A DNA stretch of 64,000 nt, from assembly GCA_013239625.1 (NCBI GenBank), contig MU053934.1, positions 7,086,399 to 7,150,398 of the forward strand. The letters are read 5' to 3'. A program made the translations under genes and the position numbers. This DNA comes from Lama guanicoe (lineage: Eukaryota). The notes beneath the pieces are model-generated. The model searched no databases, had not been told where the DNA came from, and saw only the letters and a program-made list of their open reading frames with translations. Below are positions 37,101-52,100 of the stretch, in pieces. Position 1 is the stretch's first letter; the number at the start of each line of letters is the position of its first letter.

Positions 37101-40100
37101 CTTCTTCTGGGCCTCATCTGTATTTTCAACTGGCTCATAGTCTGGCTTGCGGCGAGCAGTAGGTCTACAGTTAGAAACAGCCGAGACAGAAATGACATCA
37201 GTAAGACAGTGGGACAGGAGTTTCCTCCCATCACCCCCCCCCGTAGAGAACACTGGTTTTGACAGTCACCCACAGAGGAGAATGCCCTTGTGGGAGTCCA
37301 GGAGTCCAGCAGAGAGGTTCCAGCACTGTAGGAACAAAAAATCCAAGACTGGATGCATTAATCAGGCTAAGAGGATAGTTTCACTCCTCCTCCAGGGCAG
37401 CACAGTTCAGTGCCAAGAGAGATCCACCTGGCCTGCAATTTCTCCCATGGGTGAGCAGGTGCCCGGTTTCCCCAGCTGTGCGGGACACTGCCAAGGATGC
37501 CCACTTCTTTCTCACCCCACCCAGAATACTGAGGTGATCTGCACAGCTTAGGGGCTGGGAGACGCTGGAAGCACAGCAGCCAGAGCTCGGAACTCATTAA
37601 AGGCACGCGGATTCTACTAACCACTTCCTGGACTCCATTGGGTACACTTTGCCTGTGGAGCCCCCAGCTGGCCCACGGGTGCCCTCCAATGCTCTGCATG
37701 CCTCACACATGCACAGCCCCCATAGCCGGCTCCCTGCACATGCCCCCACAGATGGTGAGTGCAAGCCTTTGCAGACAGCTAGTGAGCACATGCAGAAAGC
37801 CAACCTGACTCTGTGGAGTTGGCATAAAGCACACAAACTTGAGCATTTCAGGGCACCATCCTAGGGAAAGCAAGCAGGAGGCTCTCAGCACCTGGCTCTG
37901 CTTTGTGGGATTGAGGGAAGACATACCATCTTAAGAATTCACCCCCCCCCAAAATACTAAGAAGTGTGGAGTGAGTGCATCCATAGAAAATGTCTGAGAC
38001 AGCCTCAGCATCTCTGGCAGGGCTCACTATCGAAAGTATTTCTCAAAGCCAGGCAGTAAAGACTGGAGGAGGGGACTGCCCCTTAAAATGCAAAGACAGC
38101 AACACAAGACTCCAAGGAACATGAAAAATCAAGGAAACATGATACCACAAAGGGAAGCAATAATTTTCCACTAACTGACCCCAAAGAATTGCCTGACAAA
38201 AAATACAGAATTATTGTTTTAAGGAAGCTCATCAACCTACAAGAACACAGATGCACAACTCAGTGAAATCAGGAACAGAATACACAGACAAAATGAGAAG
38301 TTCAACATAGAGACAGAAAAAAAAATAAATAAAAGAACCAAACAGAAACTCCAGAGCTAAAGAATACAATGAAGAAATGAAAAGATGCACCAGAACACAT
38401 CAACAACAGACTTAATCAAGCAGAAGAAAGAATCTGTGAACTTGCAGACAAGTCATTTGAAATTATCTGGTAAGAGGAGAAAAAAAAAAAGAAAAGAAAA
38501 AGAGTAAAGCAGCCTATGTGAAAGAAAGAAAACAATTACGCATTATGGGAGTCCCAGAAGAAGAAGAGAGGAAGAAAGGGGCAGAAAGCTTATTTAAAGA
38601 AACAGTAGCTGAAAACTTCCTAAATCTGGAGAGAGACATGGACATCCAGGTACAGGAAACTCACAGGTCCCCAGACAGTCTCAACCTAAAGAAGTCTTCA
38701 CCAAGACACATATAACGAAACTGTCAAAAGTCAAAGGCAAAGAGAATTTTGATAGCAGCAAGAAAAAGAAGTGCATTCCATACAATGGAACCCCTGTAAG
38801 GCTACAAGCAGATTTCTCGGCAGAAACCTTGCAGGCCAGAAGATAGTGGGATGATATATTCAAAGTGCTGGAAACACGAAAACAAAAACAACAGCCAGCC
38901 ACCAGCCTTGTCTGACAGGAAATGCCACAAGGACTTCTTCAAGCTGAAATTAAAGGATGCTAATTAGTAACACGAAAGCACACGAAAGTATGAAACTCAC
39001 TGGTAAAGGTTAAGTATGTAATCAAACTCAGAATGCTCTAATTCTGTAACAGAGGTGTTAAATCGCTTAAATCTAGTATAAAGGTTAGAAGACAAAAGTG
39101 GTAAGAATAACTACAGCTACAATGATCTGTTAGTGGACACACGACATAAACATGTAAATTATGACATCAGAAACATCAAATTCAGGGGAGAAGAGTTAAA
39201 GAGTAGAGTTTTCAATGCAACCTAAGTTAAGCTGTCGTCAGCTTAAAGCACACTGCTGTAACTGTAAGGTGTTTCATGTAAGCCTCATGGTAACCACAAG
39301 GCAAGAACCTATAGTGGATCCACTGTGGAAAGTCATCAAATCACGAAGGAAGACAGCAAGAGAGGAAGAAAGGATCAGAAGGACTACAGAACAGCCAGAC
39401 AACAGTGACTGAGAGAGCAGCAGTACATCCTTACCCATCAGCAATTACTTTAAATATAAATAGATTAAATTCTCCAATCAAGACACAGTATCTGAACAGA
39501 TTAAAAAAATGAACAAGATACAACTATATGCTGCCGGTAAGAGACTCACCTCAGCTTTAGGGACACAGGCTAAGAGTGAAGAGATGGAAGAAGATATTCC
39601 ACATAAATGGAAACCAAACATGTGTGTATTAGGCAAAACAGACTTTAAGTCACAAACTGTGACAAAGACAAAAGTCATTACAGAATGATTAGGGGGTCAA
39701 TTTATCAAAAGGATACAACAATTGTAAACATTTATGCACCCAACACAGGAGCACCCAAATATTAAGCAAATACGAACAGATCCAAAGGGAGAAAATGTGC
39801 TGCAGCAATAACAGGGGACTTCAATGCCCGACTTTCAACAGTGGGCAGATCAGCCAGAGAGAAAGTCAATACGGAAAACTGGACTTGAACCAAATGGATC
39901 AGCAGACACATTCAGTGCATTCCATCCAACAGCAGCAGAGCACATTCTCAATGTACAGAGAACATTCTCCAGGATAAATCAGACGCTAGGTCACAAACAA
40001 ATCTGAAGCATGTTAGGTCTTAGCAAATGTAAGAAGGCTGAAATCACAGCAAGCGTCTTTTCCAACCACAATGGTGTGGTAGTAGGAACCGACAGCAGGA

Positions 40101-43100
40101 GGAAAAGCGGCAGGTTCACAGGCGTGACATTCGGCAGCGCACTCCCCCGCAGCTGAAGGGCCAAAGCGGAAATCGAAAGGGAAACCAAAGGACATCTTAA
40201 AACAAATGAAAATGGAAGCACTTAAGAGATACAGCAAAAGCAGATCTAAGAGGGAACTTTACGGCCAACAGGCACATGAAAAGGGGCTCAACATCACTAA
40301 TCATCAGATAAATGCAAATCAAAAGCCCAATGAGATATTACCTTACACCCATTAAAATGGCTATTATCAAAAAACCCACAAAAAACAAGAGATAAGTGTT
40401 GGTGAGGACTGGAGAAAAGAGAACCTTTGTACACCACTGGTGGGAATGGAAATTAGTACAGCAGTATAGAAAACAGTACGGAGGTTTGCCAAAAAATTAA
40501 AAATAGAGCTACCATATGATCCAGTAATCCCACTTCTGGGTATATATCCGAAGGAAACAAAATCAGTATCTTGAAGAAATCTCTGCACTCCCATGTTCAT
40601 GGCCGCATTATTCACAGCAGCCACAATATGGAAACAACCTAGGTGCCTATCGGTGGTGAATGGATAAAGAAAATTTGATAGATATACATTCATACATACA
40701 TATACAATGGAATAATATTCTGGTACAAGAAAGGAGGAAACCCTGCCACCTGCGACAGCATGGACGAGACTGGAGGGCACTGCACTACAGGAAGCCAGAC
40801 AGAGGAAGACAAACATTGTATGTCCTCACTTTTAAGTGGAATCTAAAAATTTTTTAAAAGTTGAACTCAGAGAAACAGAGAGTACAATGGTGGTTCCAAG
40901 GGGCTGGGGGGTAGAGGAAATGGGCAGACGTTGGTTAAAGGGAACAAACGTTCGTTTATCAGATGAATGAGTTCTGGAGATCTAAGGTACAGCCTGGTGA
41001 CCACAGTCAATGATCCTGTAGTGCACACTCGAGCTGTGGGAAGAGAGTAGATCTTAAGGGTTCTCAGCACAAAAATACAAAAGCCAACAAACAAAAATAG
41101 CCAAAATAGATTAAACTGATTTGAGGTAAGGCAAATGCATTTCTCATTTATAATGTACGCACATGCCATTTTACTTTTTAAAAAGCAACAGCAGGAGTCT
41201 TGTAAAAGGATTTCAGGCCAAAGGCCTGAAATTTTTAATTAAAAAAGTGAATAAATATCCAAACCACACAACATTTGAAGGAATTTTCCCATTTAAAATA
41301 GGCCTGTTACTACTTCACTCTGCAGGTCCACGGACCAATTAGTAAATGGTGAACACGCTGTGATGCGTGTAAGACACTGCTGCACAGGAGGCAGGACACA
41401 AAATGGGGAGGCTGACGGAGTATTCCAGTTACCCAGGACAATCCCAGGTTACACCTGTTGTCCCAACGTATGGGCAGTGTCCCCCTGCACTCTCAGAGGG
41501 TGGGACAATGCTTTACACCGTCCTCCATCATAATCACCAAACACTGGAGACGGTTCTCTGACAGGTAGATGGATAAACAGACTCCAAGTTACAGAGGAAT
41601 GAGCGCAGCGAGCTGAGGAGTCTCGCGTGCACTCAGAGGAGCCAGAGGAGCCTGCCCCATGAGGCCAGGCACCGCGCGATCCAACTACACAACATCCTGG
41701 GAAAGGCAAACAGTGAGGTCAGAAAACAGACCAGGGCGCGAACAATACTCTTGGAGGAGTAGAACATGGTCACTCACTGGTCTTGGAGAACCCCCTAGGG
41801 ACGCACAGACTCCCCATCCACAGCCCCACGGCCTTGGCTCCTACCTGTCTGCACAGCCTGTGGTTTTCAGAACCATGTCTGTCTCTCTGATGGCCTCTTT
41901 CTTCCAATAGGAATCTGAACTGTCATCCCAGCTAGAGAAAGAACTGCTCCTCAACTCCACTGGCTCATCGAAGTACCTGTGAGAGAGAGCGTGACAGTGA
42001 CTCTGCAGGACCTTACTGATGTCCACCCACGTCCGGGATGCGAGTACTGCACTTCCCCGCCCCCCTGAAGTTGGGGGCAGACATATCATCTGGCCGACGT
42101 AACGGGAGCAGACACAAGGCAAGTCACTTCCAAGTCCTTTCAAGTGCCCAGTCCTCCCTCCCTTGCCTCCTGGAAGAGGTCGTGTTTCCCAGGTGCTGCA
42201 GCCTCGGGCAGGTGAAACTGCCATCCATCTGGACAGTCAAGGTGCCACCAGAAGGACAGGTAATCTGGACAATCGCCTGCACCCTCAGCTGACTTTGGTG
42301 AACAGGATATAAGCCATCGCTGTGTTAAGCCTTTAAGATGGTGGGGGGACACTTATCACTGCAGCATAACCTAGCCTATCCCAACAGCACATGAGATCTT
42401 CGAGCGTCACCCATTTACAGGTTAGTCAGTCACAAATAATGCTGTGGGGCCTGGAGAACTGTCCCCATCTGAGGAGCTTCTTGTTGGCAGTCCTGCCACG
42501 TTAGCCACAGTGTAAGGCACCGCTCCTAACAGTAGCTACCACTTAGTGTAAGTGGTGCTTATCAGCCTCCTCCTGGACTCCGACACAGAGCTCCAGTTGC
42601 TGGTCACTGGACCACCCTGCAGATGCTCATTCAGCCTAGAGCTTAAGGTGAACTTGGTCAAAGCATCTCAGGGGAGAAACTGGCCTTCTGGGAGGTTTAC
42701 ACTTTCATTAGCTGAGCACCACTGAGCAGGACATTGCTCAGAGAGCAGAACTCAGTGGCAGCTTTTGGTCTTGTGAGGCAGGAGGAAAAAAACCTTTGAC
42801 CAAGAGCAGCAGGGTTTGCCTGGAACGGGACAGAGACTGACGGGCGAGGCAGATGTGCCAGAGCCCTAATAGCAAGTGCCATCTCAGAATTCATGTCAAC
42901 TTAGGATGGAGAAGGCCCGGCCAGACATGCACTCCTTATGAAGATGGTTCAAGAGGTTCAGAAGAGAGAGGCAGATTCCAGATTCCAATGCTTAAGTCTT
43001 AGGAAAGGAAAAATGATGGAGGAGAAGGTGGAGGCTTTCAAAAGTGTCACTGGGCTTTCTGCAGAGATTAAGAACAGAAGCACACAGGAAACAAGGTGAG

Positions 43101-46100
43101 CACCGAGCTCCGAGGTCACAAGGAGGTCACATTCAAAGATGGAAGGCCTGGGCTGTTGGGGGGCTCGTGATCAAAGGTGGACACAGGAAGGCAGCAGGAA
43201 GCTGTAAGAATAGGCCAGGGACCCAGATGAGCTAAGACTGGGGGATTGGGAATAAGAATAAATACACTTTTTTTTTCTCGCAGGAAAACAAAGGGGGGTG
43301 GATAAACTTGTTGGAAGCAGATGGCATGACTCTATATGGATAATAGAAAAAAAGCAGAATTTCCAAATGTGGTTTCTGCCTTCTCTGGTGAGGAGGTCAT
43401 TAGGAACAAATCTTGTTACACTAGCCTTCTCTCCCCAAGAAGGGAAACATGCAGCGTTCAAAGTACATCTGGATTCCAGCTAGAAAACGACCAGGCTCTC
43501 CGGGGGCTGACCGGTGGATGAGCCCTGAGCCACAGGCTCTGCTTGGAGGAAAAGAGATGAACAAGCCCTGTGCAGAGAAGAGACCAGGACAACAAAGAGG
43601 CTTGGGGTCACATCTGAGAATGAAGTTTTGAAGGATATGGCGCACATATTGGCCTGCAAAGCTACCTTCAAATATTTGAGGGACATATTTGTAAGGGCCC
43701 AAGTGGAAGAACCAAGACCAGTTCTATGAGGAATTTTAAAACTACTTAATAAGCACCCATGAGGGCTCAGGGACTCCTCCGCTGGGTGAGGACGTGGGGC
43801 AAGGAGACAAACCCAGTCCCTGCTCACGTTGGGATGGCTGATCTCAGCTCAGAAACCCAGGGAGACGCGTAAGCATAAGACAGCGCTTTCCCTGGAGCTG
43901 CCCGTGGACTGAACGGCTGCCTCGGGGAGGAGGAGTGCGAGGGGGCTGCGTGGTCCCCCGGAGGGCTCTGGTGGGGGCAAGCACTGGACAGGGGTGAATC
44001 GAACTTCCTGGCTCTTCACAACTTGGAGGTACTGGGACTCAGGGTTTTTCCAATTTACTATCACTCTAAGGAAATATTCTTCATTCATATAAGCCAAAGG
44101 GTTTATCCCGGAATGTAGGGGCAACAGAATTTTTTTTTTTTTAATGATTGGGCAATTCAAAAATCAGGAGAGAGAAAGCCATTCTGTTAGGGTCCTGCTG
44201 ATTAGCAGGAGCCCGTTACACAGGGTTCTCTGGGCTGCAGCGGGGTGGGGAGGGCGCGGGGAGGGCGTGGGTGCTCTTCCCACCATTCACCCAGAGAGGC
44301 TCTCTGCTCTCACACTGTGCAGGAAGGACACAGCAACTCACTGCGGAGCAGGCAGATGCCCAGCCAGGCCTCCAGACGCCCACGGGAAGGATGCAGTGAG
44401 GGTGGGGTGAGGATGGCTGTGGGGCACCTGCCTTTGCTCAGAAACACAACAGCTGACCCGGCTCTCTACATCTGCATTGACTTTTTTATGTTGCGATTTC
44501 TGGATCCTAGTCCTTAATGCTTTTCGCTTTTATTTTCGCCCTCCCACTCTGTCTTCATCCAACCCTGAAGACATTCCTTGCAATCTCTTGCTAAGAGCAC
44601 CCTGATATCACATGTCTGATTCACAGCTACAGACAACTGTGTATTCCACTGAAGGCCACACCAGCTTTATAAGGCTGAACAAATTGTTCTAGTTTCATTA
44701 TTTGGTACTACATATATAATTGCATTGTTTACATCCTGGAAATAATGGGACTCAATAACAACAACAAGAAACCCCAAAGATACGGTTGACCTTATTTTTA
44801 ACAGAAACAGCACTCTTTCATAATTCATAATATTCAATTTCTAATGGGCTAATGAATAATTTGGAAGCAGTGAGAGCTCTTCATGGTATATGCCTGCTTC
44901 CCGAGAGTCCACATTCATTTTACTGCATTTGTCGAAGTGAGTATTGTTCTGCAAACAGGAGGACCATCAGAGGCGTCTGCGTCCCTATCAGACAACCCGC
45001 AGGTGAGGATAAACGACGCACCAGGATCTCTGGCAGGAACCCAGTGCGTGTGGTCAATGTAAAAACTGCCACCTACAATCTGGCTTCAAACCATAAATAA
45101 TTGTTTCATAGCAACGAAGGCCTTGAGGGCGAACTCCTCCGACTAAACTTTAGGGGCGGGAGTCTCCCGACAGGCAGGTGAAGTCCCCCAGGAGCCTGTC
45201 AGGGGCCTGGGGTGAGCGAGACGCACGGTCCGTCCTCACTTGCAGCGGCCTCTCCTTCCAGCTGAGGGGTCACAAAGCAGTAGCGATGGGACTTCAAACT
45301 TCCTCCCTCTATTCTCCTAAGCTCTCAGCTGCAGGAGTTGTGACGAATGAGCACCAAAATCATCAAAAAGGTTCTGTGGAGAAGCCAAGCAGGCGAGGGC
45401 AGACCCTGCACCACCAGGCGTTTCCTCCACCCAGACTCATCCCTTCACCGCGGGCGCACCTCTCAGGTGACCTGACACGCATGCAGCCTTCAAATCAAGT
45501 TAGACATCTAATTTTATCCTGAAGAAAATGAATTTAAATATTTTAAAAGGCATGATTTGGGAGTCACCTCTAAGGGACCTGAAACCTGCGGCGTTACACA
45601 GGTTACTGATGAGAGGGGAGCGTACAGCCATCTCTGCCCCTGAGAGCACTGACAGGGAGCGCCTCTAAACCACTGACCTTTTTCGGTAAAATATTTGGAT
45701 TGAAATAATGTGAAGCTAGGCTAGGAGAATGGTTTAAGGATAATTCTCTGTATTACAACTCCTTACCTTCGAACTTTGATAGGAGAATATATAATTTCAT
45801 GATTAGAATCTAATTAAATAGTTCACATGTATTTGTATCTGCTTTGTATATGAAAATGCTTCAAGCCTGTATAATTATCAGGTAACAGTGAGGCCCTTTG
45901 GGATGTGAGTGATGGTGTCTCCTTGTAAGGACCGCCCGTTTACTGACAGGCACACATTCAATTTTCTTAAACTGCAAATTTGCAGGTGGCCTTCAATGTG
46001 GTTAACTTAAGTATCTAACAATAGTAATGAAACATTTAGACTGAGACTGAGTCACATGTCTCTTGAACTGAGTTTCGATATAATAACAGCTGAACATGAC

Positions 46101-49100
46101 ATGAATCATAGTCAAGCACTATTCCGAATGCTCTGTATGATTTAACTCACACAGCCCTGTGAGGTTGATACTGCTGGTGTCCCTGACTTACAGAGGAGGA
46201 AGCTGCCGCACAGAGAGGCTAAACAGCTGGGCCAAGGTCACACAGTCATTAAGTGGCACAGCCAGGCTTCAAATCCAGGCCACTCTCACGTGCCCTCCTC
46301 AGCTGGTGCCCACCCCTGAGATCCCAGGCTTACTGGGAGCCCATTTAGCAGGCCTCTCCCTGTGCTGGTCAGGTTGTTGGAGGAACCACACGGACTGAGT
46401 CGATTCAAGTTTAAACTTGTTCTCCAGCCCCTGCTGGCGGCTTGAACCTGAACTACGGCCCCTCCACGGTCAGCTTCACACTGGAGTTAGATAACTTTTC
46501 CCTGCTGGACAGTGAGCGCTGAGGGACAGGGACTCGGCTTATCCTGGACCCCCTCCCTCAAAGAGCAACAACGTTTTCCATTCATACATTCGCACACAAA
46601 AACAGCATTTATTTAATATTCTATTCAGCCAGTTGGAGACTCCAGAAGCTGATATTCTGAAACAAAAGAATATGCTGAAGGCGAAGTCGTGAAATATTCT
46701 AACTAAACAGCATATGCCTTTGGAATTTTGTGTATTTCTTCCACTTCACATTTTAGATAAACACAACTTCTCTGCCTCTAATTTTAACTCTTGGTTGCTG
46801 ATTTTATTATCAAACATTTTACTATCAGCAAACATCATTCACCGAAGAATGCTTCCCCAATTTTTTCCCAAAGGGCATCCTTGACTCCAGCCAAAGCTTT
46901 AAAAACAATGAAGTAAACTGATTTGTATTTGTTCCAAACATAAATAAACTAGTAAGTCCATACCCATCACTGCTTTCAAAACAACACTTCAGGAATGTTT
47001 TTTTAACAGATTACCTTGAGCTGGAAGTAAAATAGGAGTCATCACTGTCATCACTATACTTTTTTCTCGGTTTTGCTGTGATTGGCGTCTCCTGTTCAAT
47101 GGTCTGCATGTCGGAAGTCACTGAATGTGAAATACCACTTGAGAAAGTAGAGAATAAAATGGAACAAAATACGTTAGTTCACGAAGACACTTGTGTTCAC
47201 CAAAGAATGAACGTTTTAATCTATACTCTCCATAAAAATATACTTATTAGTGTGGTTGAAAACATGAGCAATAAGGAAAAAATTTTTCTCTGGTATAATC
47301 ATTGAAAAAAACTGGACCTTAGTGAGGACTGTAACTGATTATACAAAATACAGTCATATTTATCAGTTATGTTTGTGGCATCCACTTAATGATAAGTCAG
47401 AATTATTTCCTTTTATCTAAGAATCAGATTTAGAATTTTTCACGTTATAGTGAACACAGTCATCCCTCAGTATCCAAGGGGGGTTGGTTCCAGGATCCCC
47501 AGCAGACACAAAAATCCGCTGCACTACTTTGTTCTTTAAATCATCTCTAGATTACCAATAATACCTAACACAATGTAAATGCTACGTACATAATTGTAAA
47601 CACGATGAAAATACTAATGTAAACAGTCGCCCTTAGTGCTGTATGCGCAGCAAATTCAAGTTTTGCTTTTTGGAACCTTCTGGAATCCCCCCCACCCAAT
47701 AGTTTTGATCCATAGTTGGTTGAATCAGCAAATGGAGAACCCATGGATTCACAGCAGAGAACAACTGAAGAAACGGAATAATGAGAAGATACTTCTGAAC
47801 TTGGAATTAACAAGGAAAAATCCGTTCATGATTAGCAAACTGGTTTAAATTCTGAAGTCCAAGAAAGCAGAGTCTTACATACCTTCTGCAGTTTCCAAAT
47901 CCCATGCCAAGTCTCTCTGATTCTACCTTTTTTTTGCCACTCATGTTCATCTTTTCATCTTTCTTCATCTGAATTTCAAGATCCTTATAGGCTAATCGTA
48001 ACGATGAAACACTGCCAGAAAAACCAAATGCTCCTTAATTTAGCTTTAATTCTGTGTTCTTAAGTTAAAATACTAAGGATATTACACATGTCACTCATAC
48101 TTCTGGCTTTGTGTTTCTTTCCATGATGAACAATTATGAAGGCAAGTTGGCATTTTTTCCTAAAGTTCTTTTATGAGTAGATGCTCAGGAAAATTTGAAT
48201 GAGTTTACAGCCACTTTTTGGATGCAACTGAACCTACGTTACTGTTTTGGTTTATATTGCCTATAATCAGATAATAATAATTCATGCTACCTATTATAGA
48301 GTACACAGAAATTATTTCTATACAGGATAGTAAGGAGCAGAATTTCTTACTCAGCCTAGTATTTTATCCCTTCCATGTCACATATCAAAACTATTAGGTT
48401 AGTCTCACTGGTTTGCTTTGGTTAAAGATAAAATATACATAAATCTGACTTTAGAAATAGATAGATTAAGAAGATTACTTCATTGCAAAAGGATTCTTCA
48501 GTTTACAAGAAAGTCTCCCTGAGGGTCTCTTTATGGACTCAACCTCTGAGAGCATTTAAAATGGACTGGTCACTCCTCAGCTCCACCAGGCAGAGACTCG
48601 GCCTCTGTCTATTAAATATCTGTGACAATAATGCACCCGGGGGAGAGATGTGGCAAACATTGTCCTTTACCCTCAGGTTTCTAAAAATGCTGTAAGAACT
48701 TGATTTTTCTAAAGAAAAGCAGGCCTATATTAGCAATAAGAAGAGTATTTTATCATGTTAGCAAGATAGCAACAAAACTTCAGGACCTCGAAAAATGATA
48801 CACCCACCTTATCAGGATTTCTAAGCCATCATCCATTTTATAAAATTGTGTAAAATATCATGAACTCCTCACAGGACAGACACTATATGAATTCCATTAT
48901 AATATAAATACATTTCTCTATAGTAAGAGGGGATGACAACAGAATTTCTTACTAGGAAAAAATAATCTTGTTTTTGCTGTTTTGTTCCTTAATGAGTCAA
49001 GCAGGATTTCTGTTTTGCTTTAATCTAGCAGTTTGTTTTCTTTCCTATTATTCCTACAGATCAGGTAATACAATATACCCACATTATTGCTCGGAAAATA

Positions 49101-52100
49101 AATGATACTCCTTCAAAGTATAATTTTTGGAGGAAAACAACAGATCTGTTTAAAATCATGAACAGATACACCTGTGGTAACAGAGTATCCCGAAAACGAA
49201 TGAACAGGAATGAAAAAGTTCTACTGGAAACACATGAGATGGGAAAATCTTCCTTCTTGGGGTACCTGGCATGGGATTCAGTCTATCCCTCATTAAAAGG
49301 GTGTACTTTTATTTAATGATTTTATTTTGGGGGGAGGTAACATAAGTGTTTGTATTTTGAGAGGATATGCCGGGGATTGAACCCAGGACCTTCCTGCATG
49401 CTAAGCATGTGCTCTACCACTTGAGCTATACCCTCCCCCTAAAAGTGTGCACTTTAACACCCAGGCCCTGGAAGCACTAATGGAATTAAGAAGTCCGGAC
49501 TCCGTGCAGGGAGCCCTCCCAGCCCCGGCTCACAGGAGGGCTTGCAGACACTCAGGTCAAGTGCAGGGAGCAGCTCTGCCTCCTCTGACCAGCTGTGCAC
49601 ACAGACACCTTGGAGGATGGGCTGAGAAACCACCACACGGGGAGGGTCAGGCTACTGCACTGAGAGCTGAGTTTCACAGTCTGAGTAGACGAGAAACTGC
49701 TCCTGACAGCTAAGTGAATGCAAATAACTTTATTTACAGCCATCAGGAAACTGAACTTGCAGGAGACTAACAGAAAACACGGGCACCTTCTCCGAGCTGG
49801 CACGGCACTGGTTTGGGGAAACTGAGCTGTGGTGGGTCAGAGTGGGAGTGTGGCAGTTAGGGTGCGGAGGTGAAGCTATTCTGAAGTTCCTAAATCAACT
49901 TCATAAATACCCCCAGGATTTGCACCTTCGCTTTTGTGCTGTGTTAAACAGTCCTGATGGAAGATGCAAGTTAAGGGTGCCACGTGGTGTTTCTACCATT
50001 AATACTCTAATTTCCATCCACGTGATGTGCAGGGAGGGAGCTGCCGCTTTCTGGATTCTATGCCTTTTGTTCGGATCAGGCAGGGATTTTAAACGTTCGC
50101 TGGGAAAATCTTATACATGAGCGACCTGGACAGAGCCCACTTCCAAACACACTCAGATTTAACCTTTCCCCTTTTCCAGTGTCAAAAAACCCAGCTAATT
50201 TCAAAATGTAGAATAGATAAACAAGATTATACTGTATAGCACAGGGAAAGATACACAAGATCTTGTGGTAGCTCACAGTGAAAAGAATGTGACAATGAAT
50301 ATATGTATGTTCATGTATAACTGAAAAATTGTGCTCTACACTGGAATTTGACACAACATTGTAAAATGACTATAACTCAATGAAAAAATGTAAAAAAAAA
50401 AGTCATCGCCACAAAAAAACCCCCGAAAACCCCAGCTAAATCAAAGAAATTAGTGAAGAACTAGAAAAAAGTGAAGTCTGTGACAACTCAGTAAATTTTA
50501 CAAAGCATTTCAAATCATACTTAACCTAAATACAGTTTAGTGCTGCCCCCTATGTTCTGTGAGTTCAATGATGATGAGAAATCAGCAACAATTTCATACA
50601 ATATGTGGTTTTTGTGGCCAGTTTCTTTGTTAGCACAAACTTTTCAAGATTTATCCATGCTATAGCATGCATCAGTACTTTATTCCTTTTTATGGCCAAA
50701 TAATATTCCACTCTTTGTTTATCCATTCACTAGCTGATGGACACTGGGATTGTTTCTGCTTCCTGGCTATAGGGATTAATATTCCTGTGAACACATGTAC
50801 AAGTTTTTGTGCAGATGTGTGGGTGTATCTTTTAATTTCTCTGGGTATGTACTTAGGAGTGGAGTTGCTGGGTCACGTGGTAACTCTGTGTTTACAGTCC
50901 CACCAGCAAAGCATGAGGACTCCAGTTTCTCTACCTGCCACATAACTTCAGCAGGAACTGATGGCTGCCCTCCCTCACCTAGTCTCTCCTGCCAATCTAC
51001 ACATCCCTGAGGTATCAGTTTTCATAGAACTAAATTCTGCAGTATCTTCCTCACACACATATGTAAAAATAAACGGCGTTTGGAAAGCAGATCTCGGAGT
51101 TCTTTAATTGACAGTTTTAGTCACTGGAAACGTATTACTTTGACTCAATCAAACTTACATTGATTCTTCCTTAGGTGCCGCCCTGGCCGGAAGGTCTTCC
51201 TGTTCCTTCATTTTATCTACAGCTTGGGCTTGTTTTTCAATTTCATTAAAGCATGTATTCGCCAGTTTCTGGGCTCCCAAACTTCCTTTTTTGGCCCCAA
51301 GCTAGAAAATACAGTATAAGATTACATTCTACCCCAACTGTTTGGAAACGTTTGCAACAAGAGCTAACGTGCACTGAGGGGTATTACCTCGTCCTCGAGA
51401 CTCTATGAGATTGGCATTATCATCATCCCCAGATGACAGATGAGGACCTGAAGCTCTTGTCATTAAGTGACTCAGCCAAGATCACACGGCCAGCAAGTGA
51501 CAGGGTCAGGATTCAAACCCCGAGCCAGCCTCCAGAGCAGGGGCTCTGAAAGGAACCACGGCATCTGAGCTCTAAACCAATGACAACCCCCCAAGTTGAC
51601 CAGATGGCATCACTTTTAGAAACGTAAACACGACAGAAACTCCCAGGGAGCCTCTGATGGCTTTTTCCAGACTTTTGTCATTGACAGAGAAATGTTAAAC
51701 ACTCATTCTAGAAAGTCTTCACTAAGCATAACGTTCACCACATTGAACAAAAAACGCTTTTCATCAGAGCAACACGTTATAATATGGCTCGCAATAAATA
51801 AAAGTAACATGACAAAGGTGGCTTTCTTGAGCACAAAAGCTATGCTAGAGCTCGACTACCAGATATTTTATACATAATACTCACTCCTCGTTTAGCTTGA
51901 TTTGGTTTCTTTTTTATGATAGAGGAAACTTCTGTGAAAAAATAAAAAGTAGAAAGTCAGACCAATGGAAATATATAATTTTTTTTTAGTATATCTTTAA
52001 AAAAATTCTAAGGTACTGTGTATTACTATTTAAGAGACTATAACGTTTTCCACATTAGTTTGTCATCCAAAAGACTCACATATACAGGTGTATTTTAGGT

